DNA from: Phallusia mammillata
Lineage: Eukaryota
Reading direction: 5' to 3'
Length of the DNA: 64,000 nt
NCBI GenBank assembly: GCA_965637545.1
Contig: OZ281500.1
Location: 16,616,001 to 16,680,000, forward strand
How positions within the stretch are numbered: the first letter of the stretch is position 1; the number at the start of each line of letters is the position of its first letter. Shown piece by piece: positions 25,901 to 38,200 of this stretch. A program made the translations under genes and the position numbers. A model generated the notes under the pieces. The model saw nothing but the letters and a program-made list of their open reading frames with translations, was not told the DNA's origin and searched no databases.

Positions 25901-27278
25901 ATTCATTTTTGTGTTTATGGTCTGTGATAACATAATAGCGCATATGACACGAGGCATTAAACACGATTCAAATAAATAAAAAGTCCTAGGAAGACATCTA
26001 AACGATGATTTTTATTTGCTTATTGGACCCGAACAAAATAAAAGTTTTCATATTTTCTGGGGTTGGAAATTATAACCTGGATTGGTAAAGAATTTAGATG
26101 CTGGCATTCCCTTTAAGTTGAATGGAACCACGTGATCACCCAATTGCTCTACTTGATTCTGCTTTAAACTGAACACGTATCCATGGTAACCGTCAGCGTG
26201 GCGCTCTGTAGCGCCATCTTTCGCATGTTCAGCCCCTTCGAAGAGATTCTAAACGGATGTGTGCTTTAGTAAATAGATAATTAGCAACATATTTTGGCTT
26301 TTTTCAGTGTTTTGAGTACTATTTACGTCTGTACGTTTTTCACGTAAAAAATATTGCCACAGCTAATTTAGAAAAGAATACAATACAAATTCGGTATTTT
26401 GTAAGATTGGCCAAATTACATGGTCTAAGTCTAATCGGTTCGACTTTAACTTGTGTAGTTCTCGTGGTTTATCAGACTTTGTACAGTTACCTTTTCCGCT
26501 CCACCGAGGAGAATAATAGGTTCAGGTTTATTTTCTTTTGTTATTAAACCAAACTTTTCTTCCATTAGTTTGCCGTCGTTTGCCCGTAGCCTGACCGTGC
26601 CATCCCTGCCAGAATTATAATATGTTCAGTCTATGTAACAAATAATCCACAAAACTAGCGAATCGAGTTCCACATATATATATCTTATTTCATTAACAGG
26701 ATGGTTTTATCCTACTGGCCGATTCAAAGAAAAAAGTACCCTGACGTTTTTCTAGCACACTAATACCACAAAAGTGTCACAAAAAGTTTGTTAAAAAGTT
26801 TCTTGATGACAATATGTTTCTAGCGTACATGCGTAAAATTCTGAAAATAATATGTTAACAGTTATGTTTATAACTGTTAATTAGAAGTATAATCATCACC
26901 TGTATACCTTGGTTGATAAACATTGCTTACATCCAGTGGTCGGCAACCGCCTGTCCGCGGTCCGGTGCCGGTTCGCGAGTAGTTCGTTACCGGACGGGTT
27001 GCCGACCCCTGACTAACATAATAATGCGGAAATACAGTACTAGTCAAGAAACTTCTCACTAACACAGGTGCTACCTTTCTCCTTTACATATCTAGTTTAG
27101 GTTTAGCCTTTAAATTTTAAAGTCCACCAAAAAACAAATACCTCAAGAGCTGTAGGAACAATCTGTTCCAACGACGCAATGTAACAGATGCGTCGCTGTA
27201 AATTGATTTCACCGTTCCCCCGGTGGTTAAAATGAATCGCAGCGTCGTTCCATTTTCGATGAGAAGTTTCATTTTCAT
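22991..27278 (-). pseudogene. 5'-truncated duplicate (copy 2) of the receptor gene, frame intact
   Basis: As copy 3, offset by -4647. Confidence 0.7.
26934..27011. mobile_element. 78-bp hAT-type mini-MITE (array copy 2)
   Basis: Same element as 22287-22364. Confidence 0.7.
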
Positions 27279-27637
27279 TTACATACAGGCATACGATATA
27301 TTATATGCCGTAACTTTGAGTCCACGATATAAAAATCTCAACAGTCACGTATCTACCATGTGTGACTTGTCATTTTTGTCTGTCGAAATCAGCAAAAACC
27401 GCAGAGGGTTATGGAAATAACATCAGATACGTAAATAATACCCCTTCTTGCTGGCGCCTATGCCACAAACGTGACTTGGTGCATTAAAATTTGAATTAGT
27501 CTCTACTTTCTAAAATTTAGAAAATTGGAAAAGAAAAGGCCTACAGCTAAAAAAAAAACTCTTTTTGGAAGCTTGTTCTTTCTTTTATCTTTTTTTTACA
27601 TATTGTTACCATAATTTTAAATTTCAATTTTATTGTC

Positions 27638-30600
27638 TCAATAAAATGAATTATTGTAAGAAAACAGCTTTTCTTCGTACAAGTCTACATCATCGGGTTC
27701 CAAGCCGCTGTCACTCAAGCTGCCAATCAGCGAATCAGATGACTCCACGTCATCGGTGTCGCTCCACCTTCGTCCTGCACTAACCTCCGGTTGTGTATTT
27801 TTGCTTGAGTCTGCTTCAGGTTTCGATTTATGCTTATGACTGGATTTCTTTGACCTCCTGCATAATTCAAACAAACTACTCAACTGCAGCATAGCGAGTG
27901 GAGAATAAACTGCATAAAATCATGAATAGATACTTCAAAATAGTGCTGTAAACCTAGCAAAAAACGTAAATGACTACTATTCTGTTCATGCTCTAGCTAG
28001 GGCAATGCAATTTCAAACTTTGGTTTCTTTAGCAACGAAATGGGGAAAGCTACATATAAAACACAAAGGTGAATATATATCACTAGAGGCTACGGGCTAC
28101 GCCTGAGTTGTTGCAAAACAAACTTGTGCTTTTTCTTCTTGTGTTTCTTTTTGTGATGTTGATCACTTTCTTTTGTGTCAACATCGTCTTTCAGCAGTTG
28201 CTCTTCTTCATCATTGCTGTCAACATCTTTATTTTTGATCATTGACTTCTTTACTTCAACTTTTTTTACATTTTTTCTTCGTTTTCCCTTTTTTCGCATA
28301 CACCTAAAAAAAACGGGTTTAGCAAAACGTATTAATCACAAATATAAATTTAATTCATTTAAAATAAAAACTCAAGTAAGCATAAATGGCTTTATACTTT
28401 CCTGTTTAATAAAGATCATTGTTCTGTACAGTTCATGATCATGATCTAAAAATCGCTCATTGTACTTTGCCCTATTTAATCAGAGCGTCAAAAACAGATT
28501 TAGCCTTAACAATAGTTTTGTACAAAATCAAATAACATAACATAATACCAGCTACAGACACTACAAAATGTGATCAGGATTAATAGAAGACAAGCAACTG
28601 ATCCAACAATGATTAAGATGGCCCCGGTTTCTGTTACACCCGCGGAGTCCCGGATGTACGTGATAATGCTATAAACTCCACCTGGGTTGAGAATGTCTGT
28701 AAAAAAAAACTAGAATTTTAGAAACCAAAAACTACTAAATATAACTTCGTTGCAAGTAAACATATATGACCTGCACCGTTACGTACAAGTATTAGCAAGA
28801 AACTATGTTTAGAATTATTTAAAAATGCAATGTATATTCCTTGTTGCAAGCGATAAAATACTAAATGTTATTTGAACAAAGCTCGTAAATCCTGTATACT
28901 CAGGTGAGCTACTCCCATAGGCCGTTACAAAACTTTTCTAAATACCGATTGATCGGGTAAACTGTAAAGAGTACAGGTATTTATCTTAACCGTGAGACTG
29001 GAATTGGGCAAGAATTAAATGTAAGATTGGGGCCTTTATAAGTTGGGTTTATTTTTTAATGTAAAACCTTACCCATACCCTAATAGCCCTAACCGTCATG
29101 ATTTGCTTTTAAATACTCAAAAATATTCACCTATCGGCATTTAGCAAACTTTATCTCTAGTGAGTTTATAAGTTAAAAGAAATATAGAATTTCCGTTATC
29201 ACGAGGAAAAACACAATTAAAAATGTTTTGGTTTAAATTTACTTTTACAGTCACATCGCCACACATCGAAAAGCATCTCAAAATTGGGACCAAATAGCAG
29301 GAGCCAGTTGTCCAATGCTTGACTCAACACAAAAAGCACTTACTACCATTGAGCACAGAAACCACGTGATTGATCAGCAACCAATGGGATAGGCCTTCCG
29401 ATATAACGCATGAGTAAACACCAGACAGATCTCTGCTGCCCTGCGCAGTTGGTATGAGGAAAAGCCGACTTCTTATATACGTGGAAGTGTATTCGATACG
29501 GTGTCGAAAAAAGGGATGCCCCTTCAGCTAAACAATGAAAAAAACGTAAAAACTCAAATCAGTTTGCGAATTACGGGTAGGTGGCGCAAAGAGCATTAAC
29601 TAATATTTTTAAGCAAAGTTGTGTGAGTTAGCTGACGATTGGAGTTGGGGTGAGGTTTGATAATAGAAATGACATTAAAACTAACTTAGTTCTTAACCTT
29701 TAATTCAGTTCCTTATTCTTTACCCCTTCTGTCGGAATTTCGCTAACTTTTGTGGTTTAAGTCCCACGTTAATAGCACTAATTGCAATAAACGTGGTATA
29801 AAATGCATTTGTTCCTGCAGTAATATTCTATGGTTTCGTGTATTGTTTGGTGTAAAAATCCTAGCGATACTTTTTTAGAAACATTAAAACTAAAAAAAAC
29901 TTTTTCCTAACCAGTAAAGAGAAAATCAAAACGCACGCTTCGATCTACAGTACACGAATGATCAACATTTCATTCCACATAAGTAATAGTTACAAAAATA
30001 CATGTTCTTTGCTTTACTGTGCTACGTTTTTATACAAGTAAAAAACGTTACCTCTACGTCATCCTTGTACCACGTGATATTTGATGACTCCGTTACGTCA
30101 TAAGAGATCGGTACAAGGCAAAAAAGTTCACGAAACTCATCACGTTTAGCTGTACTTTTGTTCCCCAAAACATCTCTGTCGAAGCTGAAATCTCCTTCGC
30201 CCTTGTAGGTGGGTTTGAAGTACCAAGACTTCCACGTGACTGCATGGATACAAAATTTTGTTTTCAATTGTTGCACGAACCATTTTTACTTTTACGCCTA
30301 AAATATGTAGGATTATGATGGTCCTTTGCCCGAAAATAATGGTTCCCTTGACTGAACATTCCTATCTGGCCCAAAGTTGAAAGATGTGTACGCAACTGGT
30401 TGTTGTGGGGCATGAAACAGGCTCAAAAAATGTCAAAACGCACCATAAAATATGCGACCCGTTAGAACTTTCAGGTGACTAAAGTTTGAATCACGACGTA
30501 TAGTTTGGCAAAAAAACTAAAGCTAAAGAACAAGATTTAAATAGTACATTCATTTTTGTGTTTATGGTCTGTGATAACATAATAGCGCATATGACACGAG

Positions 30601-31925
30601 GCATTAAACACGATTCAAATAAATAAAAAGTCCTAGGAAGACATCTAAACGATGATTTTTATTTGCTTATTGGACCCGAACAAAATAAAAGTTTTCATAT
30701 TTTCTGGGGTTGGAAATTATAACCTGGATTGGTAAAGAATTTAGATGCTGGCATTCCCTTTAAGTTGAATGGAACCACGTGATCACCCAATTGCTCTACT
30801 TGATTCTGCTTTAAACTGAACACGTATCCATGGTAACCGTCAGCGTGGCGCTCTGTAGCGCCATCTTTCGCATGTTCAGCCCCTTCGAAGAGATTCTAAA
30901 CGGATGTGTGCTTTAGTAAATAGATAATTAGCAACATATTTTGGCTTTTTTCAGTGTTTTGAGTACTATTTACGTCTGTACGTTTTTCACGTAAAAAATA
31001 TTGCCACAGCTAATTTAGAAAAGAATACAATACAAATTCGGTATTTTGTAAGATTGGCCAAATTACATGGTCTAAGTCTAATCGGTTCGACTTTAACTTG
31101 TGTAGTTCTCGTGGTTTATCAGACTTTGTACAGTTACCTTTTCCGCTCCACCGAGGAGAATAATAGGTTCAGGTTTATTTTCTTTTGTTATTAAACCAAA
31201 CTTTTCTTCCATTAGTTTGCCGTCGTTTGCCCGTAGCCTGACCGTGCCATCCCTGCCAGAATTATAATATGTTCAGTCTATGTAACAAATAATCCACAAA
31301 ACTAGCGAATCGAGTTCCACATATATATATCTTATTTCATTAACAGGATGGTTTTATCCTACTGGCCGATTCAAAGAAAAAAGTACCCTGACGTTTTTCT
31401 AGCACACTAATACCACAAAAGTGTCACAAAAAGTTTGTTAAAAAGTTTCTTGATGACAATATGTTTCTAGCGTACATGCGTAAAATTCTGAAAATAATAT
31501 GTTAACAGTTATGTTTATAACTGTTAATTAGAAGTATAATCATCACCTGTATACCTTGGCTGATAAACATTGCTTACATCCAGTGGTCGGCAACCGCCTG
31601 TCCGCGGTCCGGTGCCGGTTCGCGAGTAGTTCGTTACCGGACGGGTTGCCGACCCCTGACTAACATAATAATGCGGAAATACAGTACTAGTCAAGAAACT
31701 TCTCACTAACACAGGTGCTACCTTTCTCCTTTACATATCTAGTTTAGGTTTAGCCTTTAAATTTTAAAGTCCACCAAAAAACAAATACCTCAAGAGCTGT
31801 AGGAACAATCTGTTCCAACGACGCAATGTAACAGATGCGTCGCTGTAAATTGATTTCACCGTTCCCCCGGTGGTTAAAATGAATCGCAGCGTCGTTCCAT
31901 TTTCGATGAGAAGTTTCATTTTCAT
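27638..31925 (-). pseudogene. 5'-truncated duplicate (copy 3) of the receptor gene: half LamG - Ig - TM - tail, frame intact
   Basis: Same 8 terminal exons as the intact gene. The first exon is cut at its internal ATG and has lost its splice acceptor. I saw no stop or frameshift in the exons. Coding status unknown. Confidence 0.7.
31581..31658. mobile_element. 78-bp hAT-type mini-MITE (array copy 3)
   Basis: Same element as 22287-22364. Confidence 0.7.
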
Positions 31926-32275
31926 TTACATACAGGCATACGATATATTATATGCCGTAACTTTGAGTCCACGATATAAAAATCTCAACAGTCACGTATC
32001 TACCATGTGTGACTTGTCATTTTTGTCTGTCGAAATCAGCAAAAACCGCAGAGGGTTATGGAAATAACATCAGATACGTAAATAATACCCCTTCTTGCTG
32101 GCGCCTATGCCACAAACGTGACTTGGTGCATTAAAATTTGAATTAGTCTCTACTTTCTAAAATTTAGAAAATTGGAAAAGAAAAGGCCTACAGCTAAAAA
32201 AAAAACTCTTTTTGGAAGCTTGTTCTTTCTTTTATCTTTTTTTTACATATTGTTACCATAATTTTAAATTTCAAT

Positions 32276-32281
32276 TTTATT
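32276..32281 (-). terminator. AATAAA polyadenylation signal just after the receptor stop codon (repeated in each copy, e.g. 18330-18335)
   Basis: Minus strand reads TGA GAC AATAAA, followed by an AT-rich tract. Confidence 0.5.
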
Positions 32282-32284
32282 GTC

Positions 32285-35200
32285 TCAATAAAATGAATTA
32301 TTGTAAGAAAACAGCTTTTCTTCGTACAAGTCTACATCATCGGGTTCCAAGCCGCTGTCACTCAAGCTGCCAATCAGCGAATCAGATGACTCCACGTCAT
32401 CGGTGTCGCTCCACCTTCGTCCTGCACTAACCTCCGGTTGTGTATTTTTGCTTGAGTCTGCTTCAGGTTTCGATTTATGCTTATGACTGGATTTCTTTGA
32501 CCTCCTGCATAATTCAAACAAACTACTCAACTGCAGCATAGCGAGTGGAGAATAAACTGCATAAAATCATGAATAGATACTTCAAAATAGTGCTGTAAAC
32601 CTAGCAAAAAACGTAAATGACTACTATTCTGTTCATGCTCTAGCTAGGGCAATGCAATTTCAAACTTTGGTTTCTTTAGCAACGAAATGGGGAAAGCTAC
32701 ATATAAAACACAAAGGTGAATATATATCACTAGAGGCTACGGGCTACGCCTGAGTTGTTGCAAAACAAACTTGTGCTTTTTCTTCTTGTGTTTCTTTTTG
32801 TGATGTTGATCACTTTCTTTTGTGTCAACATCGTCTTTCAGCAGTTGCTCTTCTTCATCATTGCTGTCAACATCTTTATTTTTGATCATTGACTTCTTTA
32901 CTTCAACTTTTTTTACATTTTTTCTTCGTTTTCCCTTTTTTCGCATACACCTAAAAAAAACGGGTTTAGCAAAACGTATTAATCACAAATATAAATTTAA
33001 TTCATTTAAAATAAAAACTCAAGTAAGCATAAATGGCTTTATACTTTCCTGTTTAATAAAGATCATTGTTCTGTACAGTTCATGATCATGATCTAAAAAT
33101 CGCTCATTGTACTTTGCCCTATTTAATCAGAGCGTCAAAAACAGATTTAGCCTTAACAATAGTTTTGTACAAAATCAAATAACATAACATAATACCAGCT
33201 ACAGACACTACAAAATGTGATCAGGATTAATAGAAGACAAGCAACTGATCCAACAATGATTAAGATGGCCCCGGTTTCTGTTACACCCGCGGAGTCCCGG
33301 ATGTACGTGATAATGCTATAAACTCCACCTGGGTTGAGAATGTCTGTAAAAAAAAACTAGAATTTTAGAAACCAAAAACTACTAAATATAACTTCGTTGC
33401 AAGTAAACATATATGACCTGCACCGTTACGTACAAGTATTAGCAAGAAACTATGTTTAGAATTATTTAAAAATGCAATGTATATTCCTTGTTGCAAGCGA
33501 TAAAATACTAAATGTTATTTGAACAAAGCTCGTAAATCCTGTATACTCAGGTGAGCTACTCCCATAGGCCGTTACAAAACTTTTCTAAATACCGATTGAT
33601 CGGGTAAACTGTAAAGAGTACAGGTATTTATCTTAACCGTGAGACTGGAATTGGGCAAGAATTAAATGTAAGATTGGGGCCTTTATAAGTTGGGTTTATT
33701 TTTTAATGTAAAACCTTACCCATACCCTAATAGCCCTAACCGTCATGATTTGCTTTTAAATACTCAAAAATATTCACCTATCGGCATTTAGCAAACTTTA
33801 TCTCTAGTGAGTTTATAAGTTAAAAGAAATATAGAATTTCCGTTATCACGAGGAAAAACACAATTAAAAATGTTTTGGTTTAAATTTACTTTTACAGTCA
33901 CATCGCCACACATCGAAAAGCATCTCAAAATTGGGACCAAATAGCAGGAGCCAGTTGTCCAATGCTTGACTCAACACAAAAAGCACTTACTACCATTGAG
34001 CACAGAAACCACGTGATTGATCAGCAACCAATGGGATAGGCCTTCCGATATAACGCATGAGTAAACACCAGACAGATCTCTGCTGCCCTGCGCAGTTGGT
34101 ATGAGGAAAAGCCGACTTCTTATATACGTGGAAGTGTATTCGATACGGTGTCGAAAAAAGGGATGCCCCTTCAGCTAAACAATGAAAAAAACGTAAAAAC
34201 TCAAATCAGTTTGCGAATTACGGGTAGGTGGCGCAAAGAGCATTAACTAATATTTTTAAGCAAAGTTGTGTGAGTTAGCTGACGATTGGAGTTGGGGTGA
34301 GGTTTGATAATAGAAATGACATTAAAACTAACTTAGTTCTTAACCTTTAATTCAGTTCCTTATTCTTTACCCCTTCTGTCGGAATTTCGCTAACTTTTGT
34401 GGTTTAAGTCCCACGTTAATAGCACTAATTGCAATAAACGTGGTATAAAATGCATTTGTTCCTGCAGTAATATTCTATGGTTTCGTGTATTGTTTGGTGT
34501 AAAAATCCTAGCGATACTTTTTTAGAAACATTAAAACTAAAAAAAACTTTTTCCTAACCAGTAAAGAGAAAATCAAAACGCACGCTTCGATCTACAGTAC
34601 ACGAATGGTCAATATTTCATTCCACATAAGTAATAGTTACAAAAATACATGTTCTTTGCTTTACTGTGCTACGTTTTTATACAAGTAAAAAACGTTACCT
34701 CTACGTCATCCTTGTACCACGTGATATTTGGTGACTCCGTTACGTCATAAGAGATCGGTACAAGGCAAAAAAGTTCACGAAACTCATCACGTTTAGCTGT
34801 ACTTTTGTTCCCCAAAACATCTCTGTCGAAGCTGAAATCTCCTTCGCCCTTGTAGGTGGGTTTGAAGTACCAAGACTTCCACGTGACTGCATGGATACAA
34901 AATTTTGTTTTCAATTGTTGCAAGAACCATTTTTACTTTTACGCCTAAAATATGTAGGATTATGATGGTCCTTTGCCCGAAAATAATGGTTCCCTTGACT
35001 GAACATTCCTATCTGGCCCAAAGTGGAAAGATGTGTACGCAACTGGTTGTTGTGGGGCATGAAACAGGCTCAAAAAATGTCAAACACACCTCTTATAAAA
35101 TATGCGACCCGTAAGAACTTTCACGCGACTAAAGTTTGAATCACGACGTATAATTTGGCAAAAAAACTGAGCTAAAGAACAACATTTAAATAGTACATTC

Positions 35201-38200
35201 ATTTTTGTGTTTATGCTCTGTGATAACATAATAGCGCATAAGACACGAGGTATTAAATACGATTCAAATAAATTTCAAATAAAAGTTCTAGGAAGACATC
35301 TAAACGATGATTGTTATTTAGCGGAAATAAAGGAAGTTTATTTGCTTATTGGACCCGAACAAAATAAAAGTTTACATATTTCTGGGGTTGGGAATTATAA
35401 CCTGGATTGGTGAAGAATTTAGATGCTGGCATTCCCTTTAAGTTGAATGGAACCACGTGATCATCCAACTTCTCTACTTGATTCTGCTTTAAACTGAACA
35501 CGTATCCATGGTAACCGTCAGCGTGGCGCTCTGTAGCGCCATCTTTCGCATGTTCAGCCCCTTCGAAGAGATTCTAAACGGATGTGTGCTTTAGTAAATA
35601 GATAATTAGCAACATATTTTGGCTTTTTTCAGTGTTTTGAGTACTATTTACGTCTGTACGTTTTTCACGTAAAAAATATTGCCACAGCTAATTTAGAAAA
35701 GAATACAATACAAATTCGGTATTTTGTAAGATTGGCCAAATTACATGGTCTAAGACTAAGTCTAATCGGTTCGACTTTAACTTGTGTAGTTCTCGTGGTT
35801 TATCAGATTTTGTACAGTTACCTTTTCCGCTCCACCGAGGAGAATAATAGGTTCAGGTTTATTTTCTTTTGTTATTAAACCAAACTTTTCTTCCATTAGT
35901 TTGCCGTCGTTTGCCCGTAGCCTGACCGTGCCATCCCTGCCAGAATTATAATATGTTCAGTCTATGTAACAAATAATCCACAAAACTAGCGAATCGAGTT
36001 CCACATATATATATCTTATTTCATTAACAGGATGGTTTTATCCTACTGGCCGATTCAAAGAAAAAAGTACCCTGACGTTTTTCTAGCACACTAATACCAC
36101 AAAAGTGTCACAAAAAGTTTGTTAAAAAGTTTCTTGATGACAATATGTTTCTAGCGTACATGCGTAAAATTCTGAAAATAATATGTTAACAGTTATGTTT
36201 ATAACTGTTAATTAGAAGTATAATCATCACCTGTATACCTTGGCTGATAAACATTGCTTACATCCAGTGGTTGGCAACCGCCTGTCCGCGGTCCGGTGCC
36301 GGTTCGCGAGTAGTTCGTTACCGGACGGGTTGCCGACCCCTGACTAACATAATAATGCGGAAATACAGTACTAGTCAAGAAACTTCTCACCAACACAGGT
36401 GCTACCTTTCTCCTTTACATATCTAGTTTAGGTTTAGCCTTTAAATTTTAAAGTCCACCAAAAAACAAATACCTCAAGAGCTGTAGGAACAATCTGTTCC
36501 AACGACGCAATGTAACAGATGCGTCGCTGTAAATTGATTTCACCGTTCCCCCGGTGGTTAAAATGAATCGCAGCGTCGTTCCATTTTCGATGAGAAGTTT
36601 CATGTGTGATGCTAAGTTGTGCTCACCTGCACAAAACAAAAAATAACATTTGGAGAGCGTCAACTCGATTCAAATCGACCTAATTTCCTAGATATTTATG
36701 CATTTCGCACCACAGTAACTATCAGAAGGATTTAAATGGAGAAAAGGCATTGAAGTTTAAACAAGATACTGTGACTATTTTAATGTTTCATTAAATTGAT
36801 GTGTCATTATACCTCGAGCATGTTTAACAGATGCTAAATTCCTAATTGTATGACGTCAGTTGGAAACAAAGTGACATTGACCTCTGATAAAGAAGATAAT
36901 TCCATCTCCTACTGTTGGCTTGAAAATCATTTCAAGGGTAGCTACGTCACGACGATCGACGTCACTGGCTGACATGACGTCGCCGGGATCGTAGACCTCA
37001 CCAGGGTTGCTCCACCACACCATGGAAAGAGGAAATCGCATTCTAGATTGTAAAATAATAAAAAGTGTAAAATGTGCTTTAAAATAGTGATTTCAGGGAT
37101 TTCATGGAGTACTTTTTTAAAATGTAAACAACAACATTAATTTTGAAAATTAAAATAATAATAAATAATAAAAAAACTGTTTGTTTTTCAAGACCATCGC
37201 CAATTCAAAAAATAATGCATTTTTTGTACTGAATCCCAGGGGCGTATCCAGAAATTTTTAAAGGGGGGGGTCCAACAATGTTTTTGGGGGAAATCCCCAA
37301 TGACGTCACACGTCGTTCAAAACGACGCGTTATGCGGCAAAGCACTTTTTCCAAAATTGGCGGTTTCTCTACCCATCTAATTGACAGGAAGAACAGGTAA
37401 TTTTAGCAAAAGCTTTGTAGTTTTCTGATTTCGCCGCTGCTATCTAGCTTACTCAGCCAAACTGCAACTGCAAAATAAGCGTGACTGTCAGGTAATCAAA
37501 ATCGTTGCTTAAAAAAACAGGGTCCAATTTCTAAAGAACTAAATCTCTTGCTGAAGCGGTAATCCTACTGTTAAGTTGCGCAAAGTCACGAATGCACTAA
37601 AGGTGGTAACTGCAGAAGGCATAAATTGTGCCTGGCAAGTAACAAATTACCCTAATAACATAACTCGATTTACATCGATCTAATGTTTTTGACAAACTAT
37701 TACGTGTTTGGCGGATCAAAGCAACACAACATTACACGTTTTCAACACTTTTACATTGTTCAAATGCAAAAACAGTTTGATATGTTGCACTTAGTGCAGT
37801 TACCATTTAGCAAGAAACTGCTATCAGCGTCCTAGCCGGAACGTAACTTTCCGATTGTTAGCGCATAAACCTCCTTATTAAACCCTTGTTACGTCACAAT
37901 TGGCGATTAGATAACAAGCGAATACAAGAGATTGAAGGCTCACGTCTTTGAGATAACGACTCCCTGTTATCACGCAGTGGTAAACGGAACGATTTTGGCC
38001 TATTTAATTTACGCACAACTTTTTGAAAAGGGGGGGGGGGGGGGTCCGGACCCCCAAACCCCCCCCTTGGATACGCCACTGCTGAATCCCAACTCTTCAT
38101 GTGCATTATTGCCCCAAGGCCCACTTGGAAAATTAACTGCTTTGAAACTACACTTGATTTCAAAATTGATTTTTGCGGCAAATCATTAAAGTGTTGGTAT

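Larger units (their letters stand above)
17977..36603. repeat. Four-copy direct tandem duplication, period 4647 bp
   Basis: Copies: 17977-22625, 22633-27272, 27280-31919, 31927-36603, separated by an identical 7-nt junction insert TTTCATT. The same ORFs recur at +4647 in the ORF track (e.g. 25375, 30022). Confidence 0.97.

Noticed and set aside
34943-35068. Possible extra exon between LamG2 and Ig (ACFMPHNNQLRTH...)
   Set aside because: Needs a GAG acceptor and a ~57-nt intron; the flanking exons already join in phase. Cannot be fully excluded.
17977-36603. Array as a Helitron or other rolling-circle transposon array
   Set aside because: No 5' TC or 3' CTRR ends and no Rep/helicase; the unit is host gene sequence cut inside an exon.
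37941-37997. Candidate exon SQNRSVYHCVITGSRYLKD
   Set aside because: Lies inside the hAT element and exits in the wrong phase; extending exon 38420-38246 (PYFDGRQR) gives the correct phase and a LamG start motif.
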